Below, one piece after another: positions 13,999-25,879 of a DNA stretch of 64,000 nucleotides. Within the stretch, counting starts at the first letter, position 1. Each line of letters opens with the position of its first letter. This stretch comes from Squalus acanthias. Its lineage: Eukaryota. The notes beneath the pieces were generated by a model. It had not been told where the DNA came from. It saw only the letters and a list, made by a program, of their open reading frames with translations, and did no database searches. Both the position numbers and the translations under genes were made by a program. Location: assembly GCA_030390025.1 (NCBI GenBank), contig CM059433.1, forward strand, positions 15,378,001-15,442,000. The letters are read 5' to 3'.

Positions 13999-15210
13999 TT
14001 TTAAATAAATCTGTTGGACTATAACCTGGTGTTGTGCGACTTCTCATTTTTGTCCACCCCAGTCCAACGCCGGCATCTCCACATCATGATTACAACAGGT
14101 AAGGTAATGAATTACAGATTTAAACAGACCTATACTTCCCTCTGAGTCAAGCAATGCACGCGGCCTTCTTCCTTGCTTCTTGGTCTGGTCTGTAGAGGGT
14201 GGGGGGGGCTTCCTGCTTTTCCGCGTGGTCATCAAGAGAGAGAGCACGAGAAAGCCTTTGGGTTCCTTCTTTTATATCTTTTAAAGTCCATTGTCCCTGG
14301 TATAAATTGCTAAAACCCCAGGATTGGGTCTTAGTTTCATGACAGTTCTTGATTGGCTTTCCTTACTCATGTGTCTGTCTGCAGCGGCCGGTGCCATTTC
14401 TTGGTTAAGTTCATCGCTTTGTTAACACCTTTTAATGGCTCTGAGTTTTGATGGTGAGTTTCGATGGGTTTATTTACCCCTGAAAGTCATGCTGTCCCTG
14501 TGGGGGTTATCTTGTTATGCAGATTTCTTTTGTTAAGTTCCGCGCCGTTGCCTTGAGCCCCGCCCACCCAGGGGAGATCCATACACGTTAAATTCATCTT
14601 TATTGCATACATCTTATATTAATAGTCTCGAGTCCATCACACATCATAATTTTGACAGAACATACATTTTTATTCTTACAGTGGTCTTCAATCAGATAAA
14701 TTGACCAAAATAAAGAGATACATAAGCAAATGTGCCATTAAAAATAAAATCATAAATACGCTAATAAAGAATATTTCTGCTTTGTAGAACACTCGCTCAG
14801 TGTCCTCTTTGCGGCAGCAATGAAAGAATTAAAAAATCCCCTGGACAGAAACTCCATGAACGCCATTAACAAAAATCTTAATTGTAATAATAACTCTTCT
14901 CAAAGAACAGCTAAGCATTGTTAGAACTTCAAAGCAAGCGGCCTGGAGTTTTGGGCACAATCGGTGATCCAGGCACAAATTGCGGCCAAATTTGCGGCCA
15001 TTTTGAGAAGTGTTTTTTCCCTCAGGTTTCCGCTCAAACTCATTTACATATCGCCGAACGTAAAATCTGTCATGAACCAGCGCAATCGGCCAGCATTTTA
15101 AAACGTTTAGAGGGTGAAATTTGGTACCTTAGCGCCTCCAGTTAGTGCCTGGCGGGGGCGCTAATGGGACGCTGAAGCAGGAGCGCCGCGGTGAGGCGAA
15201 TCCCGCGTCG

Positions 15211-16032
15211 TGTAGGATTTGGATCACAGGTCACACACAGATTAACCAAAGGGTCTTAGGAGTTGTAAGGCTTTTTATTAAAGAGCTACAGTTTAAAGCA
15301 TAATCAGATATTACATGAGGTTAAGATAAGTATAATAGACATACAACCCGTGACAGTAGAGAGCGATCTATGACCCCCGAAGCGGAATGCCACGACCGGA
15401 CGGACGGACGGACAGATGGTTAGATGCCCGATGAGACAGCGTGGAGGTCTCGGGTCAGCGGATCTCTGCAGCCTGCAGCAGTCGTCACTTCTATTAGTTC
15501 GTCCCTCGAGCTGTTGGAGGTGCTAGGTTATGAACCAGCATGGATCCACCTCAGAGACTAAACTTGATCAAGGTGTTAGGCATAAGCCAGCATTGATTTC
15601 CACCTCGAGGAAGCCTTCGCCCCTCGCTGTGTGTTTTCCTCTCTCGGTCGTCTGTTTTTATACCTTATTTCGATGGGCTGGTGGATACCTGGTGTCAATC
15701 ATTTTTACCCATCCCATTGTCCAATTACAAGGGAGAGGCTACCTCTGACAGCTCCCTCCCAGCCTCATGAGGTCATTTTCCTCCTTATCTCTGTTCTAAA
15801 GGTCTTGTTATGTTTCTTTAAGGATATTTTATAACTTTCTGGCTCCATATTATCTTGTATTTTATGACTCCCTCATCACTTCCGTGTCCTGGCCTCGGCC
15901 ATTTGTCTTTTGTGCTTTTATCTGACCTTGCTGATATTCCTGCCATCAGTTCCCGGCCGCATTTCTTCAGTTTATTTCTCTGTTCCTTAAGAATTAAAAC
16001 CCCATTTTTGGATCTAATAGCTATTTCTTACA
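15211..16032 (-). mobile_element. Solo LTR in the Harbinger subterminal region
   Basis: TGTAGGA...TCTTACA termini, degenerate 4-bp flanks GTCG/GCTG, absent from the homologous position of copy D, minus-strand TATAAAA near 15660 and AATAAA near 15275. Confidence 0.8.
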
Positions 16033-16407
16033 GCTGCACGCCAAATTTGGCCGCTATGACTTAGCGCCGGGGACTTCAGCGCCAGGCAGATCGTGACGTC
16101 AGTGAGCGTGCAACACTTACTGGGCACCCGATCTGCCAAATTGAGTATCACCCCTGCCTTAGCGCCTCACCCTGACAGCGACAGGGAGAGGAGGCATGAA
16201 ACAATTCGTAGCCGACTCCAGGGATCATGAGTAATGAGTCACAGCTCTCAGGCTAGTGGTGTTTCACTGCTTCCTTGTCAGTTTGACATTGAGTTAAACT
16301 GTTGCACAGTCATTTAAAGGTCAGTTAGTCTCTGGAGTGTTGTGGCTACTAACAATTAGTTACATTTATTCTCACAACATATCAAAGTGCTACACTTGGT
16401 TACATTG

Positions 16408-18025
16408 ATGGGGGCTGTACTGGCAGTCGACCTCACCCTCCAGGATCTACTGCGGAGGGAACAGAGGCAGTGGAACATGTGGCCAGAGGCAGAAGGAGGG
16501 CCATCAAGGCTCTAAACAGGACGCCTTACCCGACGAGGGTCTTCCGACAGCAATTCTCCTACCTTCAATTAAGCCAGGAGCAGTGTGTTAGAAGGCTCCG
16601 CTTCAGCAAGGAGGTGGTGACAGAACTCTACCACCTCCTGCAACCAGACCTCGAGCCTCAGATCAGGATGAGGATGGCTCTCTCAGTGGCAGTCAAGATC
16701 ACTGTCGCCCTCAATTTTTTTGCCAGCGGATCCTTCCAGTCTGCAACAGGAGATATAGGTAACATCAGGCAGTTTGCCGTCCATCGCTGCATTCAAGAGG
16801 TCACAGAGGCTCTCTACAGTAGGAGAAGGGACTACATTTAGTTTCCCATCACCAGAGAGAAGCAGGACGAGCGTGCATGTGACTTTGCCAGGATAGCAGT
16901 ATTCCCCCTGGTGCAGTGCGCCATTGACCGCACCCATGTGGCTTTCTGGGCATCGCATAACAATCCTGCGATCTTTCGTAACCGCAAAGGCTACATCCAG
17001 TTGGTGTGCGACCACAGACAGCGAATCATCAATGTGAATGCCCGCTATCCTGGCAGCAGCCACGATGCCTTAATCCTGCGCCAGACCGGTGTTCCAGCAC
17101 TCTTCCAGCCACCACATCAAGCTCACGGCTGGCTGCTCAGAGACAAGAGCTATCCGCTCTCCACCTGGCTCGTGAATTCCCTCTGCAACCCCCCAACACT
17201 GCTGCCCAGCACTCATATAATGAGAGCCATGTCGTCACCAGGAACAACATTGAGCAGACCATCGGGGTGCTCAAGCAACTGTTCCGTTGCCTTGACCACT
17301 CGGGAGGAGCCCTCCAGTACTCACCGGAGCGGGTGTCGCATTTCGTCGTGCTGTGCTGCATGCTGCACAACTTGGCCATCATGAGGGCCCAGCCATTGCC
17401 AGCAGGGATTGTGGGACCACCTCAAGAAAGAAAGAAAGACTTGCATTTATATAGCGCCTTTCACGACCACCAGACGTCTCAAAGCGCTTTACAGCTAATG
17501 AAGTACTTTTTGAAGTGGAGTCACTGTTGTAATGTGGGAAACGCGGCAGCCAATTTGCGCACAGCAAGCTCCCACAAACAGCAATGTGATAATGACCAGA
17601 TAATCTGTTTTTGTTATGTAGGTTGAGGGATAAATATTGGCCAGGACACCGGGGATAACTCCCCTGCTCTTCTTCAAAATAGTGCCATGGGATCTTTTAC
17701 GTCCACCTGAGAGAGCAGACGGGGCCTCGGTTTAACGTCTCATCCGAAAGACGGCACCTCTGACAGTGCAGCGCTCCCTCAGCACTGCACTGGGGTGTCA
17801 GCCCAGCTTTATGTGCTCAGGTCCCTGGAGTGGGACTTGAACCCACAACCTTCTGACTCAGAGGCAAGTGTGCTACCCACTGAGCCACAGTTGACACTGG
17901 AGGAGGAGGAAGAGGGAGAGGAGGAGGAGGAGGAGGAGGAACAGGAGCGAGGGAGGAGGCAGCCTCTCATTCGGCCTTCCGGAAGGGCGCTCCATGACCG
18001 CCTCATCAGACTGCGGTTCCAGTAA
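16408..18025 (+). pseudogene. Harbinger (HARBI1-like) DDE transposase, frameshifted and SINE-interrupted
   Basis: RLRFSKE..ALNFFASGSFQ..AIDRTH..NARYPGSSHDA..DKSYP..YNESH..RNNIEQTIGVLK..CCMLHN, then acidic tail. Confidence 0.93.
17426..17898 (-). mobile_element. tRNA-derived Deu-domain SINE (SacSINE1-like), full length
   Basis: A box TGGCTCAGTGG, B box GGTTCAAGTCC, core GTGCCGTCTTTCGGATGAGACG..AAAGATCCCATGGCAC, (TTTC)n tail; interrupts the transposase. Confidence 0.85.
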
Positions 18026-19215
18026 ATTCAACCCCAGATCCCTGTTGCTCACCACATCCCTATCATATCATCCCTGTCGCAGCTGAAATGAGAGACAGTA
18101 CAAAATTATCCGAGTGAATTAATAAATTTATCAATAATCAGCGAACACATCTTTACAACAACAATATTTACTTTTTACCCTAGTGCAATCCCTTAGTGCC
18201 TCGCGTTACTGTGCCTTTGCCTACTCTAGTGCTCCTACGAATTGTTGGCCCAGTGGCTGCAGCAGGGCGGGTGGAAGGCTGCTGAGTGTCCGTGTATGGA
18301 GACTACAGATGGCCTTGCAGGACACCCTTGACCAGCTCTGAGCCGTTTAATCCTTTGTTGGAATAAGGACAGGAGAAAAGGAAAGGTTCTGTCCCTTTTT
18401 TGACTTTCAGTGTAGTGATGTTTGAAAAAGACGTATGTGAATGTTTCGAAGTTACAGGCTGAGGGAAGTTTCCCCCTTGCTTTTCAAGCGGTACAGGTTA
18501 GTTTAAAATATTGGTTTGAATTGAATTGGAGTTTTTGAGGTTAATTAACCTGTTTAAAACCAGACCAGACTTTTATTGTAGCCACGGTAACATTCTGGTT
18601 GGTGTAAATTGTGTGAAAGCCTCTAGTTCCGGAAATGAGGCAATCACATCAGCAATTGGTATTTTTGTAATTCTGACCAATTGCAAGTATGTCTGATCAG
18701 GGGGGGAAAAAAAGAGGAAATGCTATGAAGTGTGTGTGGAGTTGTTTCACAGGATGTTTGTAGTGGTGTTATTAATGATGTCTGATGTTTTTACCTGCTT
18801 AAGTGAATTGATCAGGATCTTAATAAAGATTTTAACGGTGCAAAGACTTTGCAAAAGTAACTTTTTTTATTGGCAAGTTTTTTAAATTTACTTGAAAGCT
18901 GCGTGCAGTTGTGTGACAGAACCCGACAGTGATTGATGTCTATCTTTGTCTTCTTTTGAAATGCAAAAAAATGCAAAAATAAAGAAGTTAACTCTTTTCA
19001 CAAGCAGCTGTGAACTCTGTTATTTTTAAAACTCCACAAGCAGCTGTGTGTGTTGTAAGCATTTTGGACATTGTTAAATTTTTTAAGTTTTTAAATTTGA
19101 GTGGCTGTTTTCCCCACATTGACAGAAGGGAATCAGGAATTGGCGAATTAACCCCTTGGGCTGGTAGGAAAGTCGCAATGGATTTTCTGTTTTTTTCCTT
19201 TTAAGCAGGGGGCCA

Positions 19216-19945
19216 GATGAGTGTTGATGGTGCAAGATTACCAAGTGGGTAGAAGTCTTCCCGTGCAAGTCTGCCACAGCCTCATGGATGGCCAAGACCC
19301 TAGTTAGGGAGGTATTCTCCAGATGGGGACTTCCTCGTGTGGTAGAGTCAGACCAGGGAAGTCATTTTACAGCTCAGGTAATGCAAGCCACTCTGAAATT
19401 GCTCTGGAAGGAAGGGAAATGGCATGTGACCCACAACCCACAATCATCGGGGATTGCGGAAAGAATGAACCGTACGTTGAAGTCGGCCCTGTGAAAGGAA
19501 TTAAACGAACAGCACACTAAGTGGGATGAGGGACTTCCCCTAATCCTTATGGGGATACGTAGTAACAGATCCAAAGGAACGGGTCACTCCCCTAATGAAT
19601 TGGTAACGGGGAGACCCATCCTAACCCCCACACACCTGTTGGTCCCCACTCTGACTGATAAACAAATTAAGGAGGTGACTCGGAACAAATTCCTGAGCGA
19701 CCTCTGGGAAACTTTAAAGGGATTGAACTTGAGGGCCGCCCACAACATTGGGAAGGCACTCCAACACAACCGATTACACTTGGCTCCGAGTAAACCCCAG
19801 GAGTGGGAAGTAGGGAGCCAGGTAATGGTACGAAACTATGCGAGGGTGGGAGTTTTTGAACCCCTCTACAAGGGGCCGTGTAACATTATTGATAAAGCTA
19901 GTCCTATGGTATACGCGGTTCAGTTACCTAAGAGGATCAAGTTGG
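19216..19945 (+). pseudogene. pol: Retroviral integrase (rve core and C-terminus), premature stop
   Basis: TKWVEVFP..SRWGLPRVVESDQGSHF..PQSSGIAERMNRTLK*..WDEGLPLILMGIR..TGHSPNELVTGRP. Confidence 0.93.
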
Positions 19946-20198
19946 GAAGGAAAAAGGATGATGGAAATGTTTTGCGCCTCAGGACCCTGAGTGAAGGGTT
20001 GGACATGAGTGTGATGTGGTGGGATCCGCTCTAAGGCGAAGTAGTCGCCAGTTGAAAATCAACCCAACATGGACCCCACTGGGAACAACATCGGCACCCT
20101 CAGGAGAAGGTGGGAGCAAACCTAAAAGGAAATGATGTTGAATGTATGAATAAGAGTATGTGAATATTAACTGTGTTATGTGTTACAGAAGCTCCAGG

Positions 20199-21610
20199 AT
20201 GGGGAAACTCCTGTACACATTGAGTGCTTTGATGCTCGTGGTGGATGGGATTGAACTATATCAGGAATCACAGCAGCTCGGAAACAGCACCAATGGAACC
20301 ATAAACTCACTGGATACAGGATTTTCTGTTGTAAATGAGATGAATGTAACAATTAAAAATCAAACTATAACATGTTATAATTGGACAGTGAGGGTAACGG
20401 AGCAGAGGGTGCATGGGGGGCAAAGGATTTGTTTAAAATGCTTAAATGAGACCACCCCAAACTTCGGTTTGCACTGGGTGAGACCACAAATAACCTGAGA
20501 TTGAGGAAGGCAAAAGGAATCAGAGCTACCCCGTTAATTGATGGGACAAGTTACTGTTGGACAAATTTCTGGTCAGGTAATCACACAGGAGTATATATGT
20601 GTGTGAACAGAAATTTCTCCCGTGATGATCCTCAAATTGAAAATCGTTATGATAATCTTCAATGTCCTGATCAGTCAAAGAAGCCATTCAATTAAAGGCG
20701 AAAGAGAAACCAGTGCCACCCGATGAAGGGGGTGAAAAGTGCCCCAGCCCATCCCCTGCTCCAATTAACGGATTGGTGTTGGTTCCGAGTAAGTTGTCAA
20801 TGTTACATGATGTTGTATTAGATGCACGGGAGGTTATTATCAAATTGTCTAGTCTTGCCTTGTCGATATGGTGCAGTGAGCCCACTAGGAATTGGCTAAG
20901 AGATAGGAAAACGCAATTCATAAAAACCTTTTGGAAGGAAAATAGCGAACAAGTGACCACAGGGGAGGAGCCTCAAGCTCCGAAATCCCCGGTACAGTGG
21001 AGAAAGCGCAGTGTGCTCAATAATGTAGCAACAATGTGGAATACCATGTTAGCATGGGTAAATTTAGGGGATATTATGAGCTTGAACTATTAATTGGGAA
21101 AATTGAGAGAAAAGGTACAGCAGGCATTAAGAAACCAGAATAGCATAGGTAAAGTACAATTTGAAGCACAATTGACCTTGACAATTCACATGCAAGGGCT
21201 GGTCAAATTATTGGAAAATCAGGCACAGGCCATAAACAATTTGACAAGGGAGGATAGAAACACCTCTGATCAGGCAGCACAAAATGACGCATGTGCAATG
21301 ATGAGTTCTTGGATTCTACAAGACATAGAGGAATTTGAATAGAATAGCTGAGGGAAGGGTTCCATCTTGGATGGAAGATAAACACCTGAAGGCAGCGGAA
21401 AAGTATCAGTCAAATTTGACAGTGTGTCAATTGCGAAGTTTTACTGTGGTACGTGTCGCCCCACACGAATGTAATCAGACTAGCGATGATAGTTTGATAG
21501 GAATCATACTAAGAATGCCCGTAATGTCCAAACCTTGGGCACCACTGCGGGTGTATAAGGTAGCCAAAGATGGTGTTTTATATAAATATACATCATTACC
21601 CAGATATGTT
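20199..21610 (+). pseudogene. env: Retroviral envelope glycoprotein (SU plus TM ectodomain), disrupted, no membrane anchor
   Basis: Acceptor-like TGTTACAG at 20181-20188 before ATG 20199, hydrophobic signal peptide, many N-x-S/T sequons, basic site RKR/SV near 21001, hydrophobic stretch then heptad-like helix, directly downstream of integrase. Confidence 0.8.
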
Positions 21611-24225
21611 GCATGTACGGACTTATTAAAAGCATATGAATTGCTGGGAATACTTCTATGTACGGAATTAATAAACTGTGGGCAATACATTGCTGAGGGT
21701 GCTTCTATGTAAGCTTGAATTTTTAAACTAGTGTGAATAAAGACCACTTTTGTTGATCACAAACATATCTGTCATTGTTACACTTATTTGTAATTCTCGA
21801 GGTTCGAACAGTAGTAGAAGAAAGTCCTACAGGGCTGGCTGGATGACAGGCAGCGACAAGAGCAATGGCAGAGTGGCAGCAGTAGGAGCAGGAATGCTAT
21901 CATTGTGAGAGAGGACAGCAGGTTCCTGCTCCACTGACCCACTGCCACTCCCCCGGGGCAGCACTTCAGCATCCCTGGCAATCTGTTGGAACACAGATTG
22001 CTGGCCTGCTGCGACACCATGAAAGCCCCTGTCAACAAAGGTAGACCCAGCCACGATGGCAGCAGTCAGAACTTGCGTGGCATCAAGCTGAGACTGCATG
22101 AGAGCAGTCTGAGATTGAATGGCATCAAGCATAGACTGCATTACAGCACTAAGACGTTGCGTCGCTTCCGCCTGTGCTGCAATGGAAGCTGTCAGATCGC
22201 CCATCACACGTGGCATCAGGTCTAGGTCGCCACGGTCTCTCTGGGAGTCTACCATCCTTTGCAGACTGGAAATCATGGGCTCCATGGTGTGCGCAGAGCC
22301 TTGTGCAATGTTGGAGATGGACTCCTCCACCCTCCTTATCATTGCCAACAGGCTGTCGGGCACCCTTGCCATTGCACCTATGATCTCCGTGTGCATGCCC
22401 ATCACCCTTCTTCTAAAGACCTCCCCATCGAGGTCCTCATCTGAGTCCTGTGCAGCAGAACTCACGCATGAACTCGCCCTCCAGGGAGCTGGCCCCTGAG
22501 CTACACTTTCCCCCTGGCCTTGCTGCAGCCCACTCGTCCCGGTGCCTCACCCTGTGCAGATACCACTATTATAGTAGCCTCTAAAGAACGCGTAGTGCCA
22601 GTATCTGAGCTGGTGCCTGCGGGTAAGTGAGGCAGTGACGCGGTGTGTTCTTCCTCCTCTACTCCCGCCTCGCTCTCTACGGTGTCCTCAGGGACAGGCT
22701 GCTCAGGTGATCGCTTTTATCTGAAAGCATAATGGCGAGTCGAGTTAAGGTGAGGGGAGGGGGCAGGAAGAGAGAAATGCATGCATACAGCATGATTAGC
22801 TGGAAAGTGCGAAAGGCTTGTGAGGTGAAGGGGAAGTGGGATGTGAGAAGAAGGAGTAGGAATGAACATACTGTTGTTGTACCCAAGGGGGTCAACGTCA
22901 CCGGTGGCCACGGCGCCCACCACCTAGTGCCCAATAATCTGCAGCACTCTATTTTCCAGCGCAGACAGTGGTTGGGTGTCGGCTTGTCCCCCGCCTGTGC
23001 ACTCCTGCTCCCCCCTGTTGTGAGCCACCTTGGCCTGCAAGAGAAAGGAAAGTGTGTGAGTGAGTGTGGAGCAATGTTTTTGGGTGATGTGCCTCCCATA
23101 GTTGAATAACTCATTGTGTGCAAGATGTGGCTGAGAGTGTTGGTAGGTAGAGATTGTTGGTGGGTGAGTGCTGGGGGTGTGGTGCTTTGGGCAGTGTGTG
23201 CAGACTCTGGTTCAGACGGTGATATGTAACATTTGTTGAAGCATTGACTCACCCTGACCACCCGAGTGAGGTCGTTAAATGTCTTCCTGCACTGTGTGTG
23301 GGTCCTGGGGTCCACAGTGCTGCCCGAGACCTGATGGGCTACCTCCCTCCACATGGTGCGGAAGACTTGTGGCGAGGCCTCCTGCCACTTGCTGGGTAAA
23401 GCACGGCCCTCCGTCTCTCCACAGCGAACACCAACTCCTCCAGTGCTTGGTCTGAAAATCTGTGGGCTCTCTCCCTGGGGTGTGGATCTGCCATGAGTAC
23501 AGCTGGTTGAGTCGTCCGGCTCCTTGGGCTTGGCCTGCTCCTGCTGGCTGACACAGGTTCACAGACAGCAATGCTGAGAATGAGGTTCTGCAGCATGAAT
23601 GAACCTCCCCTTTAAGAACTGGAAAGAGCCTGTGGCAATGATGACTTGAGATTAGACTGCACCTGATATTGGTTAGCGCTTTGAGTCTAACGCCACTGAG
23701 TGAGACCATTAGCACTTGATTTAGCGCTCCCATCCTTTCTTTGAACAATGACACTGAATTTTGCGTGCAGCGAGATTTATTAGCGCCTGGCGCTAAATCT
23801 CAAACTTTTCCAAAGTTAGCGCCATTTCCTGGGCTATAATGAATTTCTCGCCCTTACTCTTTGAATTTTTTGCTTTAAAAAATATTTCCTGATATATTTA
23901 AGACTGGTAACCTGTTGCAGTTTTATTAATACAGCTAACAATGGGGTTATCACAAAAAAATAAGCATCTTAATCAGCGTGTCTAGTCTACCACCTGTGAG
24001 TAACCTGATTTTAAATGACTGAAAATTAGTTTTAAAAATCTATACAGAACCATTTGCTAGTTACATTGATGTACAGTAGCCAGTTTCTTAGTAAATTTAG
24101 CAACAATTATAATCAAAAGCTTTTAAAACGTGCCTATTGGTGCCCTTGCGTCTCAAAAAAAGCTTAATTTTAAGAGCCTCCACGAAGGGCTGCAAATGAG
24201 CGCAATTAGCGGAAACTCTCCACGG

Positions 24226-24550
24226 TGATTAATCTGTTGGTTGGACATTCTAGGACGAGGGGGCATAGTCTAAAAATTAGAGGTAGACCTTTCAGGAGTG
24301 AAATTAGGAAACACTTCTACACACAAAGGGTGGTAGAAGTTAGGAACTCTTTTCCGCAAACGTCAACTGATGCTAGATCATTGTTAATTTTAAATCTGAG
24401 ATTGATAGCTTTTCGTTAACCAAAGGTATTAAGGGATATGGGCCAAAGGCAGGTATATGGAGTTAGAGCACAGATCAGCCATGATCTCATTGAATGGCAG
24501 CACAGGCTCGAGGGGCTGAATGGCCTCCTCCTGTTCCTATGTTCCTACGT
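24226..24550 (+). mobile_element. CR1-like LINE 3' fragment
   Basis: SRTRGHSLKIRGRPFRSEIRKHFYTQRVV; tail (TTCCTATG)n. Confidence 0.88.
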
Positions 24551-25133
24551 TCCTGGGAACATGGCCAGTTTTGTGGGCAAGGCCAGCTTCTAGTGCAATG
24601 TTTTTGAACCAGCGCAAAAGATCGTGGAAACTCGAGTAGCGCTGGACGTAAAGAAATTCTGCGATCTTTTGCGCTGGTTTGGCCGATTTCAGGCAAACTG
24701 CGCTGAAAAAAAACACAGAAAAACCTAGCGGAAACTCCAGGCCACTATCTCTCATCATGTACTCATCAATCCTATGCTCCCTTTGAAAGGGATGTGGGTT
24801 GGAGATAGGTCTAGAACACTATTGTGGCAATTCTCTTTGAGTATGCCCCCGCCCCCACCCCAGCCATATAGCGCAGAGGATTGGTGAGTTTACCTTATCG
24901 TACCCGGTATTAATACCGTCCTATTATGTAAATGGGGTTTCCGCTGATCTTCTGCCAAAATCACGACAGCGAATCGGGAGAACCTCCGAGGACATTTCCG
25001 GTGTATATCTGTAAGATTGTAACTTTTGCGAGTCACGTGTATCTAAGTAGTTAACTTTTTTGCTAGATAGAATTAACTCTTCGTCACTTTTTAGATTTGC
25101 CTCACCATTAACAACTAAAATTAGAGCTAATTA

Positions 25134-25497
25134 CAGGAAACTCTCTTTTAACCAGCACCCAAATAACCGGAAATCGCTCTTAACCGGCAAAATTCTTGAG
25201 TAGGTAACCGGGGTTTTCCTTCGTCTCTCCTTTAAAAATAACTTTAAAAAAAACCCCGAGGCGTTTGCCTTGTATCGGAGTGTGTAGATTGGGAGGGGAA
25301 TGTGCAGCCCGGGTAGGCAGCGGACACGACAGATGGTCAGCTGGCGGTCCCCGGGGAGACGGAGCTCCGAATGCAGGCGCATGTCAGTGTGTACGGGGCT
25401 CTCGTACGTTGGGAGATATAACTCTCCATTATCCGGACTTTTTGATTAACCGGCACCACGCCGGTCCCGTCGGTGCCGGTTAATAAAGAGTTTGCTG
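25134..25497. mobile_element. Tc1/mariner-pogo (Tigger-like) MITE
   Basis: TA on both sides; 26-bp TIR CAGGAAACTCTCTTTTAACCAGCACC versus revcomp CAGCAAACTCTTTATTAACCGGCACC; internal TAACCGG repeats. Confidence 0.8.
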
Positions 25498-25879
25498 TAT
25501 ATGCATTTCCTAGAAACACAAGGGCTAGAAATTCGGTATCCCCCCCAGTTGGGGCGCTAAGTTTTAAAAAGTTGGAGAATTATCGCCAGGCGCTAATCCT
25601 TCTGACCTCCCACTAAATTGATTGTTAGCACTCCAAGAGAGAACTGGAGCTCTAAATCAAGCGCTAATCACTTAACTTAGGGCGCTACACGCAGAGAGCG
25701 GGGCGCTACCCGCACAGCGATAACCAATTTCAGGTGCACTCCAGTCGGGACTCATCATTCACACTGGCTCCTTCCAGTTCTTAAAGAGGAGGTTCAATCA
25801 TTCAGCACAAGCTCATTCTCAACATTGCTGGCTCTGAAGGCGACCTCGAAGCAACTCAACAGCTACACCTCTTATCCTC

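Larger units (their letters stand above)
13716..14086 (+). mobile_element. Non-autonomous Penelope-derived hairpin element (inverted pLTR pair plus 3' tail)
   Basis: Inverted arms of about 145 bp, loop about 40 bp, unpaired 3' tail about 37 bp, 12-bp direct repeat TGATTACAACAG at 13704-13715 and 14087-14098. Confidence 0.85.
13567..14680 (-). mobile_element. Solo LTR, interrupted by a Penelope hairpin
   Basis: TGTAAG...CTTACA termini, flanks CTGG/GTGG (4-bp TSD, 1 mismatch), minus-strand TATAAAAG near 14270 and AATAAA near 13640. Confidence 0.75.
18345..21831 (+). mobile_element. Deleted endogenous retrovirus: leader-like AT-rich DNA, integrase, partial env, 3' LTR end
   Basis: Integrase and env ORF fragments in retroviral order; AATAAA at 21736 and terminal TCCTACA at 21831 abutting resumed Harbinger sequence; 5' LTR, gag and RT not seen. 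Confidence 0.85.
18180..23494 (-). pseudogene. Harbinger Myb/SANT-like gene (3 exons), split by the ERV at 18345-21831
   Basis: MADPHPRERAHRFSDQALEELV..WREVA..QCRKTFNDL; GTGAGT and TTGCAG splice sites as in copy F; exon 3 at 21832-22720 and 18180-18344. Confidence 0.88.
15110..23853. mobile_element. PIF/Harbinger transposon copy A (decayed, with nested LTR, SINE and ERV)
   Basis: TIR-like ends GAGGGTGAAATTT / GAATTTCTCGCCC, TSD TTA (15107-15109, 23854-23856), convergent transposase and Myb/SANT genes. Confidence 0.9.
14940..24743. mobile_element. Outer Harbinger-type MITE that hosts Harbinger copy A
   Basis: Perfect 12-bp TIR GGCCTGGAGTTT (14940) / AAACTCCAGGCC (24732-24743); TSD does not match (AGC/ACT). 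Confidence 0.55.

Noticed and set aside
17820..17898. tRNA gene
   Set aside because: The A and B boxes belong to a SINE head continuing into a Deu core and tail.
18345..21831. LTR-less capture of retroviral genes
   Set aside because: The right end has AATAAA and a CA-terminated LTR-like end, so normal integration followed by deletion is simpler.
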